From: Octopus bimaculoides
Taxonomy: Eukaryota
NCBI RefSeq assembly: GCF_001194135.2
Contig: NC_068983.1
Span: 98,943,420 to 99,007,419, forward strand
Length of the DNA: 64,000 nucleotides
Reading direction: 5' to 3'
Part shown: piece after piece, positions 1-11,034 of the stretch
Layout of the letters: each line of letters begins with the position of its first letter
How positions within the stretch are numbered: the stretch's first letter is position 1
The notes under the pieces: model-generated
The model's database searches: none
What the model was told of the DNA's origin: nothing
What the model saw: only the letters and a program-made list of their open reading frames with translations
Made by a program: the position numbers and the translations under genes

Positions 1-320
1 ATTGGGTATGACTCCTTCGTGTATCACCTGGTTCGTAATACGGGTGACTAGGCTATAGCCAACACTGCCAGATATTTTGAGCATCTCTGCAGTGATTCCT
101 GATGGGCCGGGGGCTTTCCCGGTCTTCATACTCTTAATTGCTTTATCTACCCTGGTACTATCAACTCGGATAGCTGGTCCCTCTATTGGGTCGACATACG
201 GCAGGCTCTCTTTCTCCCATTCATTCTCTTTATTAAGCAATCTATCGTAGTGGCATCTCCAGACCTCTTTCTTTGCATCCTCATTTAGTGCAAGCGTACC
301 ATCATCCATGCGAACACAGC
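1..320 (-). mobile_element. RTE-like LINE ORF fragment, young, 5'-truncated, running off the window edge
   Basis: About 105 stop-free codons: CVRMDDGTLALNEDAKKEVWRCHYDRLLNKENEW...KAIKSMKTGKAPGPSGITAEMLK...EGVIPN, the region just before the RT core. It abuts a broken TTAA-type MITE at ~322-375. Confidence 0.9.
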
Positions 321-1019
321 TCAGTTTAAACATAAAACATGTAGAATATTTGGGCCTGATATGGCCAGTTTAAAGCGATTATATAATATTTCTAACTTTA
401 TATATTGATATTATGCAGGAACAAATCAACAAGAATCTCCTGTTAGCATTCCTGTTATAATTTTGTTCAAACTTTTAAACTTAAATAGGACACTTTAATA
501 ACTGCAGTCTTGGATAGATTCAAATTGAAAGAGCTAAATAGGTAAAAGAAAAAATGTTTCCTTGTATTAAAAGTAGCTCATATGAGAGGAACTCAACTCT
601 GCATTGCAATCCAGTTAAAACACTCACCAATTCTATAGTGCTGCTCATAGCAAATATCTACTTACGAATAAGGCAGTGAACTGGCAGAATTCTTAGTGTG
701 TCAGGCAAAATACTTAGAAGTATTTCATCCCTCCTTACATTTTGACTTCAAATTCTGCCATGGTCAACTATGCCTTTTACCCTTTCAGGGTTGATAAAAT
801 AAATACCAGCTGAGCACTGAGGTCAATTTAATCAACTTACTCCTTCCCCTGAAATTCCTGGCCTTGTGCCATAATTTGAAACCAATATATACTTATGAAT
901 GAACTGGTCATTTAGAGATAAGTGTCTTGGACATGGACATAACACAAGGAACATGACATGAGCTGTTAATCTCAGAGGCTTATCTACTAACTCCAGTACC
1001 TTTCAAGTAGAGACTGACT

Positions 1020-2390
1020 CTTCAATTAAAGCAATACAAAAGACAGGTTTAATACACTGACTGCTGTGATCCCTTCAGTCTTATGATTTGACAATGCCAT
1101 CTTTTATATATGAGGCTATGTATGTAGAGAGGACATCTTTATGACTTTGTTAGTATTAGTTGCAATAGACTAACTCTATCATTCATGATAGACTGGTTTT
1201 GTTAATCATGATAGTTAAACTTGCTCTATCGGTTATAATAATTAAACAAGCTTTGTCAGTTGTCAAAGTTAGACTGGTTTTGTCAATCATCATCATCATT
1301 TACTGTTAATTTTCCATGCTGGCATGGGTTGGACAGTTTGACAGGATCTGGTGAGCAACAAAGCCATGTTGAGCTCTAATGTTAGCTTTGACATGATCTC
1401 TACAGCTCTTTCTAACACCAATCACTCTACAGAGTGTACTGGGTGCTTTTTTATATGGCACCAGCACTAGTGAGGTTGCCAAGTAACTAGCAAAACAAGA
1501 AAAGAACAGGAAAAAGGGGAAAAAACAGACTCTGTCATATGATAGTTAGATTGACTGTCAGTCATTACATTTAGACTGGCTTTATCAGTCATGATTTGTT
1601 AGATTACAGTATTTTTCCTCATCATAACTAGACTATATGACAATTACATCAGCTGTCGAAGAGCCTGATGCTTAATATTAGAAGGTGTTTTCAAGAAAGG
1701 TGTACCAGTACAGTGTGAGCGTGCATGGCCTATTGGTTAGGGAATTGCACTCACAATCATCAGATTGTGGTTTCAATCCCTGGACCATGTGGTGCATTAT
1801 GTTCTTGAGCAAAGCACCTCATATTGCTCTGCAATCACTTCAACACTGGATGTGTGGTACACCATGTGTTCAGGCAATGTTGATTTGATGGAGGGAGTGA
1901 GCTAATATACAATACATACATCTAACATGTGTACAGTAGATTACTCTATGACAAGCATCTCTCTCTTTGTCCACCAGTTTTACACTGACTGGACAACAAA
2001 TGTGCTTCAATTCAACCAATACTGAAGACAAGTTTAAATCACTGAGTGTAGTGTTTCCTTCATACTTATGATTTGGCAATGCAATCTTTTATACATTAAG
2101 CTATGTATGTAGAGATGACATCTTTATGACTTTGTTAGTGTTAGTTGCAATAGTTAAACTAATTCTATCACTCATGATAGACTGGTTTTGTTAATCATGA
2201 TAGCTAAACTGGCTCTATCAGCTATAATAATTATACAAGCTTTGGCAGTTATCAAAGTTAGAATGGCTCTGTCAATCATTGTCATCATCATCAACATTTA
2301 ATGTTCATTTTCCATGCTGGCATGTGTTGGACAGGATCCAGTGAGTGGCAGAACCACATTGAGCTTCAGTAGTCAGATTTGGCATGGTTT
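1020..2390 (+). repeat. Old local tandem duplication: two ~380-bp copies about 985 bp apart (~1020-1400 and ~2005-2390)
   Basis: Shared run gctatgtatgtagaga...gacatctttatgactttgttagt...gatagactggttttgttaatcatgatag in both copies. Confidence 0.8.
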
Positions 2391-3559
2391 CTTTAGTAAG
2401 TTGCCTGAGGTAGCTGGGTAGGTGACTGATACTATCTTCCTAGCTATGTTGTCCCAAACTCAACCAAATCCCACAACACCCAAGTGATTTAGATGCAGAT
2501 TGAATTGCAAATGTGCAGGTAGGTGAGGACACTTCTTATGACAACACCTGAAGAAGTCACTATTATCAATTGAGATGCAATTGCTCAATTTGCATCAATG
2601 CAAAATATCTCATCTCCAAAACAGCAAAGGATCTGCAACAAGTTTCTAAAATCCTCCAACCTACCACTCTTAATCCTTTAGCATTCTGTCAAATGTAATA
2701 CCTAAGTATTCACAATATTCTGAATTGATCATGCATTATCTTGTAGCATCGAGGTTTCGATGATGTGATTGTCTATTTTTACAACATTGCAGGGTAGGTG
2801 TGAGAGGCTGGATCTGGCCAGTTTGAAAATGAACCAGATAGAATATTTTGGTTGGATATGGCTGGTTTAAATCAAGATGACCCACTTACTGATAAAATTA
2901 TTATATTTGCTGTCTGTTGTCTGTTTTGCTTATGAAAGCCTCAACACAGTAAACTGACTGACCAGCTAAGAATAGCAACCAAATTTCCATCAAGTCATAT
3001 GCTACTATCTTAAAAAGGAAAGAAGACGATATGATCTAGTCATGAGACTATTCCTGAATATAATGACAAAACAATGAAAGAAGCTTAACTAGAACATGCA
3101 CGATGTTTCAAAGTATAAAAATGTCTTTGGTTACTTGAAACCAACTGACTCTGATGTAGTACTTCCATTATCCTTAAACAGTTCACTTCAAGAGCTCTCA
3201 TCTTCATCAACTATCTTGTCTCCCAACAGAGGATGCAACCATATCTATGGGAATACTTATAGCTCCCTAAACCCAACCACATTTCATCCCTTAAGGCCCA
3301 TCATTTCCTCTGTCACCTGGCTTTCTCAGTTATTGTTCCTTCCTTGCCTACTCTCTCCACCAATCACCTTCTTTCTGCATCTTCTCTCCCCTCTTTGCTG
3401 CTCTCCATCATCAACTCATTGCTTACCTGCTATTACCCTCACATATTTACTGCAACCCCTGCTCTCAAGCTTTTCCTATATTTCTTTCCATTTGCTACAA
3501 TTACCTCATCCTGCCCACTCACCCAGTTCAACCCTCTATATCACCTCACTTATTCTCAG

Positions 3560-3760
3560 CCCCCCCCCCAATGTCCCTTGAGGGCATGTCCTGACATATC
3601 TTTGCCATCATCTCTCTCACGATTACTCTCCAGCTCCCCCTCCTTTGTTTTCCTGCTGGGATACCCATGTATCTACGTTACAATGAGATTCCTATATCTG
3701 GCCCTTCTATGCCTTAAATTTCCCAACTGGCAAAAAAAAAAAGTCACTCACCCTCAACAT
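3560..3760 (-). mobile_element. Decayed LINE 3' end
   Basis: Minus strand gives a degenerate GRGRPRKTW-like segment (GYPSRKTK) in purine-rich sequence; a similar remnant lies near 39700-40000. Confidence 0.4.
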
Positions 3761-4125
3761 TACTCCCCCCATCCCAGTTGAGGGATTTCTGTCTTGCAAG
3801 GTACTTAATGACTCTGTTGGTGCCACATAAAAAGCACCCAATATACTCTGTAAAGTGGTTGGTGTTAGAAAGGGCATTCACCTGTAGAAACCATAGAAAA
3901 ACAGACAACGGAATCTGGTGTGGCTCCTTCGCCTTGTCAGCCCCTGTCAAACTATACCAGCATGAAAAATGCATGTTAAATGATGGTGACGGTAGTGTGC
4001 CATATTGGATCTAGTCAACAATCCCTTTCATTGAAGGGTGATGGAAGTGCATGTAAATAACCAACTTCTTTATTACCTTCCCAGTGTTCACCAGTACAGG
4101 TCTATCTACAGATCAGATTTCTTAC

Positions 4126-7100
4126 ATTGTGCACTTATGGAACCTTGCTTTGGAAAACTGAGGAGAAAATAATTCAGCTGTTCTTAACATCATCATAACC
4201 TTCAATTACATTGACAGTATCTTTACTTCAAGATATGGAAATCAACAAAACATTTTATTGCATTCTGCATAGAAATATCATGGCAAAGATGCTCGTCTCT
4301 CCACAATCCAAATATAAGCTCTCAAAGCTGCAACAAATGCTAGAACTCACAATTTCAGACATGATCCTTTGTGGTGATTCTACATTGTCAAAACTGCGTT
4401 ACAAAAGCTAGCTCTGATTATTAGCTGAGCATCTTAAAATTCAAGTAAAACCTACCGTGTCAGCTTTGGCATGGTTTCTTTAATAAGTTGCCTGAGGTAG
4501 CTGGGTAGGTGATTGATACTATCTTCCATGGTTTGACAGAACATTGTGAGCCCAAGGACTTCCTTCTTAATGCCAACTACTTTACAGCATGTACTGGGTG
4601 CTCTATTTTTTTGTGCCACCAACACTAATGAAGTTGCAACTTTATGTTAGGTGATGAGAGGTAAAAGTTGAAGAGAAGGGAACACAGCAGAACAGGTTTC
4701 TTGCTGCAGAGGAGTTACATGGCTACTCACATTTTAGACGAGAAGATGGGAGTGGTTGAGCAGGAGTTAGAGAGCAATAAAAATATTAAGTATGCTTCAT
4801 CAAGGATGGCCTGGAGCTAAATGATAACATCATCACATGTCCATTCCAGCACACACCAATCTCTTGTATACACAGGCTGACAACTTTAACCCTTAAGCAT
4901 TTAAACTGGCCAAAATATTCTACATGTTTTATGTTCAAACTGGCAAGCTGTGGCCTCTCAAACCAACTCTACAATATTATTCTAAAAATTAGCAGTTACC
5001 TCATCAAAATCTCAAAGCTATGAGATAATGCAGGGTTAATTCAAAATGATGTGGATAAATAAGCATTATTTTTGACAGAATAATCTGAATGCTAAAGGGT
5101 TAATACCCAGTTGTACTCCCACCCAAGTGCCCCACCTCTATTTGCTACTTACTTTCAACCCTTTAGTGTTTAAATTACTCAGTGAAATGTAAAACCTATT
5201 TATTCATATTGTTTTGAATTAGTCATGTATTGTCTCGTAGCTTTGAGATTTCAATGATGTGATTGTCTATTTTTTAGGAAGACATTGTAGGGTAGGTGTG
5301 AGAGGCTAGACCTGGTTAGTTTGAACAGAAAACAAATAGAATATTGGGGCCAGATTAAATGTTAAAAGGTTAAAAATCCAAAAGATCATAGCCAACATGC
5401 TTCTCACCAACCTCCACAGATCTTCCATACTGAGAGCTGTCTCACAATGTACTACAGTATACTTTTTATTCATAGACTGCTATACAGTATAACCAAATGG
5501 TTAAGCTTGCTTCACAACCATGGGGTTCTGGGTTCAATCCCACTGCATAGCATCTGGAATGCCATTTAATTTTTTGTATGGCCTTAAGTTAACTCATACC
5601 ATGTTAGTAAAATTGCATACCAGAAACTGCATAGAAGCCTGTTGGATGAATTGTACCTATGATTTAAAAGGTACAGTATTGACACAAACTATGCCATGCT
5701 GATTTTGTCTGAGCATTGCAAATAAGGATACAAATGTCTGTGGAATGTTCATGCACTTATACACTAATTCAGTTGAAATCAAACAACTAAATCTTCATTG
5801 CTGAAACCAACAGACATCAATTATTTTACTACACAATCATAACTTCTAGATGACAACTCACCTGGGTAACAGAAACTATCTACCACAGAACCATCTGCAC
5901 AGACTCTGGGCTTTGTTGCAAGGTTGCTTCTAACTACTAAACTACTTCTACACATGACATATGAAGTCTTAGTTTCGTGAATCTACAAGAGATCTCACTA
6001 CACTCTGTACACCCATTACTTGCAGTGATTAAAGAAGTATTAAGGTTCCATCTAATGGTACTGGAAATTTCTGCTATCTGTTATAACTATTTATTACTTC
6101 ATTCTTTTCCATGTTGAGCTTTATACCGTTCAAATCTAGACCATTCTTTCAGATTTGGAACTTTTTCTGCAGTTCTGCAATGATAACTAGACCAGCAGTA
6201 TATAAATGTTTCCAACAACAACCATCTCATTACGTCATGATGAACAAATATCAGAAATTTTCTTTCAAATTTAACAGTCAATATCACACCACTCTAGTTG
6301 AAGATCCTCTTACAAACATCATCATTATCAAATACACTTCCTATAAATGGTATGGTTATTGTAACTGGTTAGCAGAAAGAGGGAGGATGGGCTAAAGAGA
6401 TACAGAACTGAAGAGAAAGGTTTGAGCAAGAACAAGTTTTTGATGAAATAGTGTTGTGGAAGTAAAACTGGAAGTATCAAATGGATTTAAGAAGAATATG
6501 AGGGCTACAATTAGCCAATCCAAAAATGCAGATATATTTAAATATCAACAGAAGATACAGAGGACACAGTTTGACAATGAGTAAGTGTTAAAATGTGATG
6601 GTTTTATGTCAGTAGTGAGTGTATTTTCTCAAGATGTGAGCAATTTTCTAATATAGTAAATAGGGTTGGAGAAGTTTCTGGTTCTGTAAAAAAAAAATCT
6701 CAGCTTTTATAATTTAGTCTTGAAATATGTTGGGTTCACAATGATAAATCAAGGAGTGTACAGAGAATGAGTTTATAATTAATAAAGCTTTCCTCAGTCC
6801 TTTATATTAAAATTTTGCTGACCTGTTCTTACATCACATTGTTGGTTTTCTATTGGTACCAATTTCTTTTCCAATCAACTTCTCATATTCCGTTGATTTA
6901 ACAATTAACCACTTTTAGTCACATAGGTCCTTTCTCTTAAAAACTAGATACTTACATTAAACTTTTGTAATGACTTGACACTCAAATAACAATACTACCA
7001 AGCTCATCCAAACTTTATGGCTGATCTGCATCCGAGTACCACTTTCTAATTTATCACCTGCAGATTTCCAAAACTAGAACCAATGCAGATATAGAATATT

Positions 7101-9030
7101 TTGGTCTTAGTCTTCAGAGTTGATGGCTAAGGTTTGTCCCTGCCTCTGCCATACACACATCAACCATAAACAAAATTCCATGGCTCTGACAACTTTATTG
7201 AAAAAGCAATTACGGATCTATTCGGGATATCGACAGCATGTTGGACCCAAAGCCTGTATCGTAACGTAGTGCAGCAAACATTACAAGTACACACACAAAT
7301 CTTATATCGTCTTACCGTTTCTCAAGAATTATTATATATATAGAAAGATGGAAATAAATGGATGTGTCCAGTTGCTGATGATTCCCTTGCTACCACCAAT
7401 CCGTTACCCACAATACATACATTAATGTTCAACTACGGTAAATCATAATAAGGATGATAGAAAGATGGAGAGAATAAAGATCAGAAGAAAAATAACAAAA
7501 AAAGTTCTATAATGTAAAGAAAAAGTTTTAAAAGAGGATTCAAAGTTTACTATTTAAGATGATGGAATATAGCATGTATGTGTAATTGTGAAGTAACGTG
7601 GGTATTTGTGGAGTATGCTATGTGTATTGTAAGAGTAACGCGCGTGTGTATGTAGCTTCAGTTGACCATCACGATACACAACAAACTAGCACCATTTACT
7701 CAGTAAACAACATGCAAATTTAAAAACAGAATAAGGTAGGACCAAAAAATATGGAGATAGTTTACTTTCTCAAGTTGGACCCTAATTTAAAGATGCCACC
7801 GCGCGCCTGAGTGTTTGTGCGTGCGTGTGTGAATGAAATAGTGAATATGTGTGTGTGTGTGTTTTAACAGAACAGTGGATCCTTATGAAATCTTCCTAGT
7901 GATTAATCATTCTCGAAATAAAATCGTTACTTAGAAATAATGTGAGACAACCGTGTAATGATTGTCCCAAGACGAGCCGGAGAAAGTTATCAAATTGTTT
8001 AAAGAAACATGTTTAATTGTGGAATCTCCAGGCAGCGAGTTGCTGGAGAAATATAGATTTTTAATAACAACTTATCAATCAAAACAAAAAAGAGAAAAAA
8101 TTATATTTATTGGACAAATCTTAAAGTCAAACTATTTGGAAAATACAGTCAACTACACAAACACTCAAGAATACATACATGCACACACACACATGATCAA
8201 ACTATGCGTGTGTTCATGCGTGTGTGTGTGTGTTGTTAACTTGTTTACTTTCAACAGTGGAGATAGAAGAATCAATGAGAAGTTTTAACTTTGCACTTGT
8301 TTATTTGTTTAAGAAGAAGGCAAAACGCTAGAAAAGTCCTTCGGATAGAAGTGAGGTGAGATATTAAGAGAAAATCTGGCTAAAAAGAATTAAAAAAAAA
8401 ACACGAGGAAACCGCACGAAGTTAAATAAAAGAGCTGTTCGAAAGAAATAGTTACGGTTAAGAAATCGTTGATTTACAACATCAATGGAGAAGCTGATTA
8501 CTGGAGAAGTGGTGAATAGGATGGATAACTTCAAAGTGTGATATGGATGAATTGTCAGAAGAGATAGGACAGTAAAGAGTGTTTTGTTGGTAGAGACAAC
8601 AAAAAATATAGAACAGTCTGGTTCCCAGTCGATTGTTTCCAAAATACTCAAGAAATGACAAAGAAAATGAATGAAAATAATTCTTACATTCCTAAATTTT
8701 GTTTTCCTCAAATCTAGAATGACATCAGAAGAATCTGTCTGTGGTGATAATTAGATGGGAAATCGAAATTCTTTCGGGACGGAGATTTCTGTCTTTCTTC
8801 TTAGTTTTACTAAACAATGTTTACACCTTGCTGTGTGGTTTAGTTGACTGATTGACGACACTTCAGACAACGATCAGTACAGAAAGAAAGTACATTTGAA
8901 AAAGAATACGTATGAGAATATGATGGTAGTACTTACTTGGAGAACAGAAGAGGTGTTTGGAAGAAAGCCACACTAAGTTGGACAGATTCTATAACAACTT
9001 CACGTAAAGCGCCATTTTTCGTCAAAGTGA
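4126..9030 (-). ncRNA. Candidate multi-exon non-coding transcript or long 5' leader of a gene left of the window
   Basis: Exons with canonical sites: ~9030-8937 (ccaa|gtaagt), 8713-8688 (weaker), 7432-7316 (long polypyrimidine tract, acg|gtaaga), 7057-6956 (ctgcag|, |gtaagt), 5982-5862 (cttgtag|, cag|gtgagt), 4157-4126 (ctcctcag|, |gtaaga). Exons 7432-7316 and 7057-6956 have stops in all frames. Confidence 0.55.
4890..5099. mobile_element. piggyBac-type non-autonomous MITE (TTAA|CCCT...AGGG|TTAA)
   Basis: TTAA on both sides, CCCT/AGGG termini, ~210 bp. Many relatives: ~2670-2870, 5160-5370, 12270-12440, 15871-16090, 17620-17840, 23866-24075. Confidence 0.85.
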
Positions 9031-9065
9031 ACTTAGAAAATATTGAAACTTACGCATGCGTACAG
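9000..9065. promoter_or_regulatory. Probable bidirectional promoter
   Basis: YY1-type CGCCATTTT at 9010-9018 and NRF1-like palindrome ACGCATGCGT at 9052-9061, inside a CpG-enriched block (~7.2-10.6 kb). Donor sites point away on both strands (8936 minus, 9307 plus). Confidence 0.55.
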
Positions 9066-9079
9066 CCATCGTTTCAAAC

Positions 9080-11034
9080 AAAGCTATGTTGTTATTTTTA
9101 GCTTTAGTTTAGTACAAATTCAGGGGCAATAACCTTGAAAGATAGACTGAAATTGTGTCATGGATTGGCCTCCCTTACAACTCCCACTTTAACTTACAAA
9201 TTTATCTAAAAAGAAATGGATGAGGTTACTTACCACAACATCAGAACATATTCCAAACACTATAGAAGTCAATATATAGAACCTTTAGTCGAAAAATATA
9301 TATAAGGTAAGAATATGTCTGAAATTTAAACGAATTAAGTGATTCAGTCACTTGAAATATATTTTTATTTTTGTGAGGACGAAGTAAGTCAACCCTTGAA
9401 AAATCCCCGTCATTAAATATTTATTAGCCAATGTTGGCTGGTTAATTAATATATCATTCTTGGAGATAATTATTGCAGTAAAGCAAGCAAACAAGAAATT
9501 TCAGCTTGAAAAAGTCCTTGGAAAGAAAATGCTACAAACGTCTGAGAACTTATTTGGCAGGGAACAAGATAGCTGAATTGTCAGAAGAAATAGGAGAGAA
9601 GAATGTTTTGTTCGTAGAAACAACAAAAACTGTTGTTTCCTCGTGTTTTTCTAACAAGACTTGCTCTTAAAATCTCTCCTAATTTCAATCACAAAATATT
9701 TAATTGATAAAAGAGGGAACGATATTACAGATATATAATTGGGTTACACGATTTCACTTTTAGGGAGAGCAATTTCTGATAGCAGCTCTTAGTGGATGAT
9801 TTCCCTCACGGATCTTTCATAGAATATTTTAGTAATAAGGGAAGGGAAAATATTAAAGATATATTAGAGATTTTATGATTTATTAATTTGTGGCAAAACT
9901 AAACTTCGTTTCCCTTATTAGTATAAAAAAGACTACCTAAATGTTGTAAATTTGAAATCAATTGGAGCGAAATTGAAGTTGAAGAGTAAAAGCCAAACAA
10001 AAAAGATTGGAGAGTTTCCCAATTTTGATTTTACAAAACGGTTCATAGTTAATGAAATGCTTGTCTTCAAAGATGAAACTGAATCTTCTCAACGAAAATC
10101 TGTACGTAGACTATGGTAGATAAACGCTGCAACTGAAATAGCTGTCATTAATTTTGTTTTGTCTATCAAACACTGTTTGGTTATTTATTAGTGTTAACTG
10201 TTACTAGAGTGTTAAAACTATTACTGCAAAATAATTTTAGTTTCGGAGGTACACTTGTCAGGCAAGTAATTTCATTTGGGGATCGTGTATCGAAACAAAA
10301 GTATTGCAGCGTGGAAATCGCATTCTAGCCATTCGAAAACACGCAGACTGCTAACTTCACTTAAAGTTTGTTATGCATCAAAATTTCCAGCGTCCTGATG
10401 GTCACTGATATGATTTCACTGCACATGATGCAATGAAATAATGTTAGAGAACAGATTACAGTTCGTGCGTCGAAAATTTTTATATGTAACAATAAACATT
10501 AAGTGAAGTTAGCTGTCTTGGTGTGTTTTGAACGGCTAAGATGTGTCTTCCATGCTGCAAACCGTATATATTTATGTTCTCTGCAGCTTAGATAAATTCG
10601 TGAAATACAAACACTTGAAATACACGAGTGTCTTTTCCTATCAACTGTTAAAAACAAATTATCAAACTACATACATTAACCATATATAAATTGTAATTCA
10701 TGATAATGTTATCCTTGTCTAAGTAGGCAACTTTGCTTTAACTGTTTATGCTACTGTTTTCTTGAGATGATCCTACACATTTTATTTATTTTTTGCAAAT
10801 AAAAAATTGCTAGAGTTGTTCCCCTTTACCTAATCTCTAGGTTTCATAGCTTCGCCATGCAGAGATTCATTACAAGCTAACAAAAAGCCTTCTTGTTTAC
10901 AACGTTGAATTCTATTTACAAGGGACCATTTTACAGCAAAGTGGTGTGTGGTCATAGAGAGTTATTGCTGTTGAATAACACCCAAGACAATATAAAGTTT
11001 CATCCAGGGTCGGACTGACACTTGATCAATTCAG
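9080..11034 (+). ncRNA. Candidate spliced non-coding transcript, plus strand
   Basis: Donor ataag|gtaaga after 9306; exon 10841-11034 (ctctag|...ttcag|gtaact) with all three frames closed. Start coordinate approximate. Confidence 0.4.
10303..10562. mobile_element. MITE-like element with ~90-bp imperfect terminal inverted repeats
   Basis: ttgcagcgtggaa...gctaacttcactta mirrors taagtgaagttagc...ttccatgctgcaa. Confidence 0.7.

Noticed and set aside
3096-3781. 161-aa and 145-aa ORFs, and similar ORFs at 39384-39976 and 60616-61009
   Set aside because: Ser/Leu/Pro/His-rich readings of pyrimidine-rich LINE remnants and microsatellites, with no domain signal or exon structure.
5862-5982. Exon with one open frame (IHETKTSYVMCRSSLVVRSNLATKPRVCADGSVVDSFCYP) as protein-coding
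   Set aside because: No recognisable family; the upstream exon closes this frame and the next candidate exon ends it after 38 aa from the ATG. It cannot be fully excluded if a different downstream exon is used.
6247-6330. Possible C/D snoRNA on the minus strand (ATGATGA...CTGA about 75 nt apart)
   Set aside because: Terminal stem is only ~3 bp, there are no clear C'/D' boxes, I recognise no rRNA or snRNA guide, and ATGATGA is very common here from (ATG)n tracts. A snoscan run would settle it.
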